Source: Adineta vaga
Lineage: Eukaryota; Animalia; Rotifera
Direction of reading: 5' to 3'
DNA: 64,000 nucleotides
NCBI GenBank assembly: GCA_021613535.1
Contig: CP075496.1
Span: forward strand, 1,612,001 to 1,676,000
Part shown: piece after piece, positions 1 through 10,550 of the stretch
How the letters are laid out: every line of letters starts with the position of its first letter
Position numbering within the stretch: position 1 is the stretch's first letter
Notes under the pieces: model-generated
Seen by the model: the letters and a program-made list of their open reading frames with translations, nothing else
The model's database searches: none
Told to the model about the DNA's origin: nothing
Made by a program: the position numbers and the translations under genes

Positions 1-2055
1 GAAGCTACTTTGAGATATCTCTCAAGAGAATCTTATCCGAGAGAGATTTCAAACATATACATAATATATTTCAGTAAGGTTAGATGTAATCTTAATGAAA
101 AAGAAAAAAGAAAGTGAACAAAAGAATCAGATTTCTTGAAAAGAAAAAGAATACTTCAAATGGCGACAACTTACATAAAAAAAGAATGTATCGAATGAAA
201 TCAAAGATCAAACAAAAACTTAATGTTCATTTAAACATTAAGAACAAAAAAGGAAAAAGGAAATCGATTATATAAGTGAGAAAGAATTACTTCTTTGGTT
301 TCGATTCGTTTTTATTCTTCTTTTATTTGTCTAGTAGGCAGATTTAAGATTACAAATTTGAATGTCTTTTCTATGTTCTCTTGGGTATATCATTTATTAG
401 AAATTCAAATAAGATGCTACTTGAATTGATCACATCTATATGCAATATTGGAGAAAAAAAAGAGAGAAAGAGAGGGAAACGTCAAGTGGCTCATTAATTT
501 TTCTATGTGTCGACTTTTTCTTCTTGTTATTTTTATTCGCGTTTTTTCTTCGTTTCGTGTTGTTCAACATCTAGGTGACAACAACGTATCAAGTGACGTT
601 GACCTAAATGTAATAATCGAGACGATGTACATATACATATATACATTCATTTTTGTTTTTATTGAACAATTGTATGTGCAAATCGAGATTGACATGAGAC
701 AGAAAGTGAGAAGCATTGTCGATCACTATTCTCAATGTATTGAGTTGGTCATGTTCGTGAGAAAGAATAATAATGACGAGAGCAATCGTTTTGTGCAATG
801 AACACGCAAATCTTTTCTTTTTGTTTGTGCATGCACTGATTAACATCATCAACATAGGAAGAACAAGCAGGCAGTCTCATTTTATGCCCATTAGAATACA
901 TACGATAGTCTTTACTCTCTCGATGTTGACAGTAGTTACCAATGGCTTCGATATTGTCGGTTCCTAATTGAATAAGATGCTAATTCATGCACAAGAAAGA
1001 TATGCTTTCTCGTTTTGTTCTCAGCAGGTCAGACAAGATGTTTGACCTTTTTATGGTTTCGTCATTTATCTCTTTTGTTTCTTTACCTCCTACGATCTGT
1101 GAGTTTTTTTCTTCGTTTTGTTTTTCAATGACGTGTCTTCTTTATGGGATAATAGTGAGACATCTGCTTTGTGAATACCGATACTAGATGTTACAGATCC
1201 ATCACATTCGTCTTTTTTTGTTCTATCGAAGAAACAAAATTGATAGGAATACTTTGATGTGAAGAATCTATCTTGAATAATGACGTATATGTATCATATT
1301 TGTTCAATGAAGAAAGAGTAAAAGCGACCATCTGGTGCATCATCAGTCTTAACTATTGATGATGATCAAAAGGATCTCGTCTTTCTTCACTTGGTCAGTT
1401 ACATCATTGTTTTCCATCCGGACCGTTTGCCTACACTTCCGGAGTCTCGTTTTTCTCCCTCGTATTCATATAATCAAAGAAATGTATGGTGATGAGTGAC
1501 GACGACAACGTCGACGAACGACAACGATTTGATTCGATCTTGAGCTTCTCTTCCCTTTTTTTTTTCTTTTTCTTCTTCTTCTTTTTTCTCTCTTCTATGC
1601 CTGATGTGTCTTGTTTGGAACAGTGTAAATCACACAAGCTGCCTTCGTCTTCTCTAGTAGAATAGACACATACATACAAATACACACACGAGAAATATAG
1701 CGAAAAAAAGAGAATAGCAAAAAAAGAGGAAAAGACAGTCGTTACTACCGCATCTAGAACCGCAATAATGATGATCTCCCTCAACGTTCTACTACCGGCG
1801 TTGTTTTTCTCGTTTCATACTAGTTGTTCTACGCTCTCTCTCCCTCTCTCTCTCTCTCTCCCCTCTGTCTATCTGCCTGTATTGTCATTCTAACTAATCA
1901 GTCGTTGTCGTTTTTTTTCTGTTCGTTCGTATAATATATGACCTTGTAGATCTCAGGAATTTTTGTGCGTGTCTATTAATGATAAAGACACGAATTATCA
2001 TCATCATTTTCATAATGATCTATTGAATGGTTTTCGTTCGACGAAGACGACGAAT

Positions 2056-5000
2056 ATGTCGTCGTCGAACTATGTTCTACTTGTGATTATCATCATGGAC
2101 TTCTCATCGACAGTTCTATTTATTTGTTTAATATTTTTCAAATGTCAAGTTCGTGGTCAAGAAAATTCAGCACTTCAATCATCTTTAACTGTTGAAACTC
2201 AATATCTTACATTTGATATGAGTCAATATGGACAAGATGGTGGTGTTTTTTCCAGTATGTTTTTCTTCTTTCCATTCATATTCATTTCACTTTCTTTTTT
2301 TTAGGTCCTAATTTTCCAAATAATTATCCACAAAATACAATCTTATTTTATCAATTTATTGCCTCATCTGACTATCGTGTTGTTATTGAAATTGATTCTT
2401 TTCAAATTCGTGGTGTTACTCCTCAATGTACTCATGATTATCTTGATGTTTTTATCAATGTAACAAATTTTGATTTTGTACATAATGTACTGAATGATCA
2501 ATTACTTCATCGTTATTGTGGTCGAAATAAACCACCACTACTTGTCTCATTTACAAATTTACTTCTCTTAGGATTCTTTACAGAAGATACCCAAACTGAA
2601 CGTGGTTTTAATGGATCATTTCGATTTATTCCAGCTCAACCATATCGAAATAATTTACAACGTCAACCATGTGATTATATATTTAATTCATCAAAAGCAA
2701 AACGTGGTGAATTTTTTTCTTCAACATATCCAGGAACATATTTACCAGTAAGAAAATAAGAATAAAAGACGAAAACTATAAACTAATCTTTTTGTGATTC
2801 TAGTGGCAATTTTGTAATTATTCATTTATTGGTTTACCTGGTGAACGTATTCACATTCGTTTTCGTGATTTAATTCTTTTTAAAACTCCAAATACTCAAC
2901 ATTGTGCTGTTGATTTAATCAAAGTCTATGATAATATCTTAGATCCACCTGAACTTCGTCGATTTTTATCAAGTTTTCGACAAAATACTCATTCAGACCA
3001 ACAATATCTTTCCGATCAACATGATCAACATCATATAACTGATCTTTGTGGTACATATCATTTGCCACTTGATGTTTACTCTACAAGTAATATCTTATTA
3101 CTCTACTTCATTGCTACACATTATGCCGAACTGACAGATGAAGAACAAGCACAGATGTCTGATTATGCTCGACCTCTTTGGCGAAAAGGTTTCTATGCTG
3201 AATATGAATTTTCTTCTTCATTAACAAAACTTGATTTTATCGATAAAACGAAATCGAATCAATATGTTTCGGGTACTGAATGTGATCAAACAATAAAATC
3301 ATTTGGTCAAGGTCATGGAATTATTCATTCACCAAATTGGCCACATGCTTATAAACCTCAAACATCATGTACAACGTATTTATTAGGACTTGATGATCGT
3401 TATACATTAGAAAATGTTGAAATTGAATTTGATCAATTTGATATTGATTGTAATCTAGCTTCATTAGTGATTTACAATGCCAGTCGAATCTATGATTATC
3501 GTTTACGTTCACGTCCTTCATCAAATAATTCACCATTAGTAACAACATCTAAATCACCTTTGTTCAGTAATTATTATCGACAAGAATTAGATTTCAAAGG
3601 TAATCTTTCCTTTTGTGGACATTTTAAACCCGAAGGACGTTTCGTTTCTCAAACTGCACTTTTAAAATTATCCTTTATTCCAACGGATCGTTCGGGAACA
3701 AATACATTTTCATCGTTAAATAACGGAGGAAAATTTCAAGCAAAATATAAATTTGTTAAAAGTTATCATCAAGTATCAGCTGATGAATACGATGGAACAA
3801 ATCCTAATATCTGTAATCTTTCTTATTATCAATCACGAACAATAACTGGTAAGAAGAAAAAACACTTGATTTATTTTTAATTAAACTGTTTTCTCTTTAG
3901 GAAAATTTGAACCTCCACGTTCGTCAGAAAATGATTATTTTGCAAATTCAAATTGTACATTTAATTTCTTTCCTTTGAATGAACATTCACGTTTATTAAT
4001 TTGGTATGATTATTTTAATATAGCTGATGATGATCTTGTTCGATGTCCCTCGGACAACCTCACATATACATATAGTCTTCATTCATCATCGATATTCTAT
4101 TCTCATCCATTTCATTATTGTGGTTATCGAAATTTTCCATCGCCATTTCTAACACTTCGTTCAACCGAATTATTTCGTGTACATTTTCGTTCAAATGATG
4201 ATTCCGAAACAGGTCTAGGTTTCGAAGGACGTTATCAATTTCTTAATCAATCGAGTTCATTTTTCTCATTCATATGTCGAAGTCCATTTGATTCAATTAT
4301 CTATATTAATGAAACAAAGGAACCATCAGGAAACATTTCTACTGATGGTTATCCAGAAAATGTCATCTGTGAATGGTCTTATGTAACAACACGAGGTTTT
4401 CAATTTCTTCTAGAATTAAATTTACTACAAATTGAAGGTTCAAAAACAAAAGATCCACCACAAGGTTGTCAAACAGCTGTCCTAAGAATTTACAGCGAAG
4501 GACGTTTTGATGAATTATGTGGACAACAAGATGAAATTTCTTATTTTACAACTGATTCAAATTGGTTTACAATACAATTTATATCCTTAAATCGACAAAC
4601 AAAAGAATTATTACGTGGTTTTCATTTATATTGGACTGTTATTGAAATGAAACTGAAATCTACAGAACAACAATGTTCCTTATCGAATGAATATTTCTAT
4701 TGTAGAAATACAATAAATCATACGATAGGAAATTTTTGTATTCATCGTTCACTTGTATGTGATGGTCGTTCACATTGTCAACCATTATCAAATGATGATG
4801 AACATCCATCAAATTGTTATATGGTAATTCCATCACATTCAAAACATTCTTCTTCGTCATTACCATCATCAACGTTCTCATTTTTTCAACAACATCTTCT
4901 TTTAATTATCATTATCTTTATACTTTGTTTAACAATGTTATGTATTGCTTTGATATTAATTTGTTTATTAATTAAAATGAAACGACGACAACAAGATCGG

Positions 5001-5165
5001 CAAGTAAACAAATCACGACGACGAACAAATCAACAAGATGATTTTTTACTACGAAAAAAATCTCTTCAAACATATTCCGACGAAGAAGAAGAAGATGACG
5101 ATGAAGATAATCAGTCGGAATTTATTGCTACGAATAGAATGGAACAGGCTGTAACGACTGTTTAG
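2056..5165 (+). CDS. Single-pass membrane protein with 5 CUB domains + LDLa + TM (LEV-10/SOL-1/Neto-like receptor auxiliary protein), 4 exons
   Basis: Exons ~2056-2254, 2305-2747, 2804-3848, 3901-5165 joined by GT-AG introns. Repeated CUB motifs (GVFSSPNFPNNYP, GEFFSSTYPGTY, GIIHSPNWPHAY, xCG, RGFxxxF/Y); LDLa-like CIHRSLVCDGRSHC...DE; hydrophobic TM followed by basic KMKRR and an acidic tail ending in -TTV. Confidence 0.85.
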
Positions 5166-5597
5166 GAAGAAAACAACACACACACACACAGATCAAAATG
5201 AATTTTATGTTGAATAATCCGTCCGTTGGCTTTTTTTTGTTTTGTCTTGTTTATGCAAACGTGTGTATGAGAGAGATATCATGTACGCGTGTGTGTTAGA
5301 AAGATTGAAAGAATAAATAAATAAATCTATCAAGTTAATTATTTGAATGAGTTTGAGGGACATTGAAAGAGGAGAAAAATGTCTTAATGTGTTGAAATAG
5401 ATATGATTAGAGATAATATGATAAAATGTTTCTGAATGGTTTCAATTACTAGTGTTGTTTTTGATACTAATAAAAAACGAAGAAAAGCTTATTTTGATAT
5501 AGAAAACGAGAAGTAATAAATTGTTAATTAGAATATATTTTATTAGTTTAGAACGATCGTTTTTTTGCTTCTCCCTCTGTAATATAATTAACTATTT

Positions 5598-6191
5598 ATA
5601 TAATTGAATTCATACAGTTATTCGATCGATCAATTCAATAAGACGTTTACAAAGTTTTCTTTTTCTATTCGTTAATCAACGTTAAACGAACAACTTTAGA
5701 TTACTAATGATTTACATGTTTATTTATTTGCAAATTAAGAGTAAAATATTGAATAATTCATAATGAGTGAGATAAGAGAAATGTTATTTTAAAAATGACC
5801 GACAGCTTCTGTTGGACAATAGTGTGATTTTTCATGAACAAATACAAAAAATCTTTTGATTTACTTTGAAATAATAATTTGTTCCAGCAACAACTTAAGT
5901 GGCAACTTAAACAGACTTTTTCGATCTGAACGAAATACATCAAACTTTTCGAATTTATGATTTTCAATTCATGTAGTCAATATGTGACGAATAACGAATA
6001 GTGAATAATAAAAAGAAAAAAATCGTATATAGAAAATACTTTTTGAATAGTTAGTTATATTCTCATATGAAGCAAATAGTTAATGGAGCGATTCATTTTG
6101 CCTATGTCTTATTCATCATGAAGACTAATCTTTCTATTTTTTTTCTCTTTCTTTCCTGTAAAGAAAACAAGCATGGCAGGATGGATATATG
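5598..6191 (-). pseudogene. Decayed, internally deleted duplicate of the cystatin locus at 16.0-17.05 kb
   Basis: 5607-5730 is near-identical to 16030-16157. The exon remnant reads V*VAT*VVAGTNYYFK versus VQVSTQVVAGLNYFFK (TAA at 5895-5897 and 5907-5909 where the intact gene has CAA). The upstream region also aligns with 16764-17050. Confidence 0.85.
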
Positions 6192-6240
6192 TATACAATT
6201 CTTCTTTTACATTTATTTAAATGAAAAAACTTTATAAAAG

Positions 6241-6483
6241 TTATTCAAATAAATCCTTTTTAACCTGGTCAGTCGTTTTCCCAAGTTGGTCCGCAACTTG
6301 CCCAATGAGTGAGTGTAACAAACCCTCTTTGAGCGTTTTGTTGGGGAAAACGATCTGACCACCTTGTCCATTCTTCTTCATTTTAAGATGTTTCGATCTC
6401 GGAACGAAAACATTATTTTATTTTTTGTTCAGCAGCTTGCCAAACTAATCACCTGTTAAATCTTTTGGTATATGGACGGGCAT
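6241..6483 (-). pseudogene. hicA: HicA-like mRNA interferase toxin (dsRBD-like fold), 80 codons with two in-frame stops
   Basis: Manual translation: MPVHIPKDLTGD*FGKLLNKK*NNVFVPRSKHLKMKKNGQGGQIVFPNKTLKEGLLHSLIGQVADQLGKTTDQVKKDLFE*. Fits the HicA pattern (P-x-D-L-T-G-x-x-x-x-K-L-L helix, His in SKH at the GSH position, I-V-x-P, L-K-x-G-L-L-x-S-L-I). TAG at 6445-6447, TAA at 6418-6420, no frameshift. Confidence 0.75.
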
Positions 6484-6619
6484 TGAATCAATCTGAAAAC
6501 TCAAATAAAATGTGTCGAATGAAACTAATAATTATAATTTCTAAGAAATGGTGAATTCTAAATGCTGCAGCCATTAATCATTTTTCTACGCTTAATGGAA
6601 AAAAATTTATTCTTAACCT

Positions 6620-7330
6620 CGATAGATATCTTTGCCGATACATTGAAAATATCCATTCGATTAAATGGATTTCCTCTTTATGATTAATCAGTACTCAAAC
6701 CTTTTCGTAAAGTTTGTTGGATTTTATGAAAATTCTAATAATTTAAAAATAGGCAACAATGCCTTCGAATTTATTTTTGAAAAAACGAAAAAAAAAGTCA
6801 GATAAGAAGATAATCCAGTAGTAAATTGTTCAGTTAAATTATCTGACATTGAAGTAAAAAAGGTTGACTAGATCGATATACAAATATAAGAAATAATCAG
6901 ATTGCTGCAAATTGTACACGTAATTGTCGATTTTCATTCAGTTGAGTTTATTTAATTGTTTGATTTTGTTCACTGTTTAAATATAATGCTGATACTGATA
7001 TTCGTTCAATATTTTTACATGTCATTTGAAGTTGTTCTGTTTTATTTGTAAGAAGATTCCAAAGACCTTTTAGTCGATCAGGTAATAAAGGTCCACCATC
7101 AGTTGTTAACATAGTATTCGATTGAAAATGAACATGTAAATGTTTTAATAACAAATAAAGAAATGGACGTGATGAGTTTAATGTTGCTAGAATATCTGAT
7201 AATAAACGGGTTAATGCCATACATGTTCGTAAAGATTTATTTAGAAGAAAACTAAATAAACTGTTTAAAAATAATAAATCTTGAATAAGCGTTGTTGATG
7301 AATGTGTTTTATCATTTGAAACTTTTTTTC
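6620..7330 (-). pseudogene. Degraded coding fragment, identity uncertain (faint resemblance to FHIP/FAM160 C-terminus)
   Basis: Coding-like frame ...LNSLFSFLLNKSLRTCMALTRLLSDILATLNSSRPFLYLLL...QTIK*TQLNENRQLRVQFAAI* continues through stops, with host-like A/T-ending codons. Confidence 0.35.
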
Positions 7331-8135
7331 TTCAATCAACTTTTATTGGTGATATTTATGTCAAAAATCAAACTCTATAGAAATATAGTTTTATTATATG
7401 TAAATTCATTATATAATTAAAAAGGTAAAGCGTCTTCATTTGATTGAATATAGTCATGATTATTGTAATCATTATAACTTACTGTATTCGATTTTTGGAT
7501 AATAACAGCAGAATTTCGATCGATTAATTTTGATTAAAAGTTTACGTTATGAATGTCAAAAAGAGGTGTTGGACGTAAGGTATATTAGCATGATTTTTTT
7601 GTTGACCATTGGAAATCTGTAATAGGATTTTATTTCAATGTATTCTATGATAATATATGTTTATTTAAATCAAGATATAATAGAACATACAGAAAAAATC
7701 TGCCTAACGAGACAAACAGAAACAAAAGCGGATACATTGACTATACAAAAATAATAAAACAAAGTCAAATTTATTTATAGTCATCTGCAAACTCATTTAA
7801 TCAAGAATTTGACATGTAATCAGCGCATTGTCAGCCATTTTTTTCACGAAGGATGTTTTCGTCATTTCGTACTCTAGAAAATAAACAGAAAAGAAGTGAT
7901 AAAATTGTTTCGCTAAGTATGTAGATGATAATACTATCAAGTATTCTGAGAAAATTGAAGAGATTTGGTTAAAACTTGTCTCTTGTCATTTCATAACAAG
8001 AAAAATATCCATATACGACTTTACAATGAGTGAGATATATATGACCCTTCTACTTATCGAGAGATACTAGAATTAACAAAAAAGAATCAAGCTCTTGCTG
8101 ATAATTTATGATTTTCTAAGAGAAAAGAAAGAGTC

Positions 8136-8504
8136 TTACTTCAAAACAATTTTTTTAATATCTTCGTAACTTGTTTGTCGGTATTGATGTTTGCGAGCTA
8201 TTTCTAGTTCTTCGATACTATGACATTCAACAAGATCAAATACGACCGAGTTCTTGATATTTTCTGTATCAAATGGCACAAATGTCTCAGTCTTTACATT
8301 TTCTTCCAATGATTCATATGCTTCATTAATCATGTCATCGAGGGTGTCACCACCAGCAGCACCCATCAGTTTCGAGGATGGATCATAAAACATACCTCCA
8401 CAATAGTTGTCTTCATCGTTATGAACAAGAAAAACGAAAATAATACGGTATCTGTTATCTTTTGATAAGCTTGTGTTCAGATTATTATTAACAGTTGATT
8501 CCAT
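8136..8504 (-). CDS. hicB: HicB-like antitoxin (partial RNase H fold), intronless, 122 aa
   Basis: YRIIFVFLVHNDEDNYCGGMFYD...GAAGGDTLDDMINEAYESLE follows the HicB N-terminal signature (beta strand, DEDgg turn, beta strand, G-D-T-L-E-E-A-x-x-N-A-x-E-A-I helix). The protein is acidic, and a co-oriented HicA-like frame lies 1.65 kb downstream. Confidence 0.72.
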   Translation of the reverse strand: MESTVNNNLNTSLSKDNRYRIIFVFLVHNDEDNYCGGMFYDPSSKLMGAAGGDTLDDMINEAYESLEENVKTETFVPFDTENIKNSVVFDLVECHSIEELEIARKHQYRQTSYEDIKKIVLK

Positions 8505-8560
8505 GGTAAATACGGCAAGAAATGAAACGGCAAACTAAAACAGGCAAAAAAAGATACCAG

Positions 8561-8621
8561 TTTATATATTTATTTACGTATCTGTGAAAGAACAACGATG
8601 GCCATGATTGAATTAACCAAT
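8561..8621 (-). promoter_or_regulatory. Candidate TATA box (TATATAAA, 8561-8568) and CCAAT element (8617-8621) upstream of the HicB-like ORF
   Basis: Motifs lie ~60 and ~115 nt upstream of the ATG; the AT-rich background makes chance matches plausible. Confidence 0.3.
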
Positions 8622-8847
8622 CACGTTGCTTAATTCAACTTTAAGTTAGTCCATATTTTCTCGGTGTGTTCTACCCCTTATGATTCATTATTTATGTATG
8701 TATCTTATATAATTGTGCTTAGCCCAATAAAAAGTAGCACTGACATATTACTTGTAAACATCTCATATATTATCTTTATACAAATATTTTTAACGAATTT
8801 TAAAATAAATAAGTGAATGTGTTTGCATGACTTGCATTTTAAAAATC

Positions 8848-9030
8848 CCCACAGATGGCGTAATGTACCGGTATATTATCGTGTAGCATTTTCCCATGTG
8901 CTACGAACCGCATAAAAATCGCCGGTTAACCGGCGGTAGACCGATCGTAGAACTGAGGAGTATACCGCCTAAAAACCGCCGGTTTTCCGCAGTTTTTGCC
9001 GGTTTCTCGCGGTTATCCGCCGGTTTTTTC
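8848..9030. repeat. GC-rich CCGG-repeat cluster, probable DNA-transposon subterminal region
   Basis: Repeated (c)cgccggtt(tt) motifs and a perfect palindrome cgccggttaaccggcg (8920-8935) in otherwise very AT-rich DNA. Confidence 0.45.
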
Positions 9031-9529
9031 TCTTGAATTGCTCATTTTTACTGGTTTTTTATCGATAGTTATTTACGCATATTATAGTTTCATTACGTTT
9101 TATTTTCAATTTCCATCATGCCAAAAGAAATTACACATAACATAAAAGTAACACACTTTGGCATTTCTTAAATCTGTCATGGACTAGAAAACACCAGGTG
9201 AAGTATAAACAACAAAAAACTGACGCAATTAAATTAAAAAATTTATGCATTAAATACATGACCTGCAACTACGGGCTTTTTGTCTCTCTTCCAAGTTCGA
9301 CGTCAGCTTCTAAATAAAAATAAGAAGAAAAACATTTGCATTTGTGAAATATTATTTAAGAAATTCTTTAATTTTCTATTCAGACACTCGTCTGAAAAGA
9401 CTTCAATATCATTATGTCAAACTTATATATTAAATTTAGAAAAACGGTAAGAATCTTTAAAATATCTGTTCAGTTTCTCCTATATATTCTTTTACTTTCT
9501 ATCATCTCGAAGAATAATTGCAACGTACC

Positions 9530-9848
9530 TTTAATGAATGAATAACTTTGGTGTGGTGTGAGACTAGTTCATTTTTCTTTGCCACACGATCAAGTTCAAG
9601 TAATTCGTCTTCACAAATAGTTCAGTCGCTAATTTCAATGCAGACAAGTTCTTTTTCGTCGGATCACTAAGAAAACGTAGAACATCAAAAGTTGTTTTAC
9701 CATCATCAGTTGAATACGGCTAAATCACAGAAAACATCTGATAATTGAAGAAACAAGAAAATTACCATACCAACTCGAAGGATATGAACTTCCATCATTA
9801 TCTATGCTAGCATCTTCAAGAGGATTAACTTCTTCTTCAATACCACCA
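9530..9848 (-). pseudogene. Spliced, frameshifted gene remnant with a BEN-domain-like motif (possible transposon accessory gene)
   Basis: Exons GIEEEVNPLEDASIDNDGSSYPSS / PYSTDDGKTTFDVLRFLSDPTKKNLSALKLATELF(frameshift)EDELLELD... are separated by a ~50 nt GT-AG intron. ALKLxxELFxEDEL resembles the BEN helix motif. Confidence 0.3.
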
Positions 9849-9937
9849 TAAATCTACAATCAACAGAAATATGGTGAGAAATATCACTATGTTATCAATA
9901 CCTACGTTACTTTTCAATAAAGCTTTTTCATTTATAT

Positions 9938-10539
9938 TAGGCATGCAACGGTGACGGTGACCGTTCACCGGTCCACCGGGATGAACAGTGCACCGGTCCA
10001 CGGAGACCACCGCTGGACCGGTGAACGGTGAACGGAGGACCGGTGAGAGCGGTGACTTGATAAGATGAGTCCTCATCATAATTTACAACCATTTAACTAA
10101 TTGATGTGTTCTAGCTTTTCGTCAATTCATATTTAATTTTAATGCCCTCAGATATAATTTAATGCAAGTATTCACTAGTTCATGTAAGACATAGATTTAC
10201 TTTCTCGATATCAGTCCACAAAAATATTCCGAAAATGTGTATATAAAGGATTTTAAAACACTACTTGATTAGTTACAAGATGACGTAAGTGAATTAGTAA
10301 ACCGGTGGACGGTGAATTGATGGACCGGTGAATCGGTGGACCGCTGAACTGATGAGGTCGGTGGTGGCGGTGAGACCGGTGACCCATGAACGGTGAACGG
10401 TTGCACCGCTCAAACTGATAGACCGGTGAACCGGTGACCGATCGTACAATCTGCCGGTGGTAACGGTTTGTCGGTAAGGATCAATGACAGTGAATCGGTG
10501 ACGGTGATACCGGTGGCCACCGCCACTGTTGCATGCCTA
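9938..10539. mobile_element. Non-autonomous TIR element (MITE), hAT-like termini
   Basis: Terminal inverted repeats taggcatgcaac (9938-9949) and gttgcatgccta (10528-10539), extending imperfectly to ~25 bp. Dense subterminal accggtga repeats at both ends, an AT-rich core, and atat on both flanks. Confidence 0.85.
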
Positions 10540-10550
10540 ATATTAACATA

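Noticed and set aside
448-1784. Short ORFs in the first 2 kb
   Set aside because: Low-complexity F/K/I-rich translations of AT-rich intergenic or UTR sequence, with no motifs.
6241-6483. Ciliate-type genetic code (TAA/TAG=Gln) making hicA an intact gene from a ciliate donor or contaminant
   Set aside because: The frame ends at a TAA exactly where HicA proteins end, hicB also ends in TAA, and flanking genes use standard stops.
9837-10079. 80-aa GC-rich ORF
   Set aside because: By-product of MITE subterminal repeats.
9950-10530. CRISPR-like array from repeated accggtga motifs
   Set aside because: Repeats are short, irregularly spaced, in both orientations and enclosed by TIRs.
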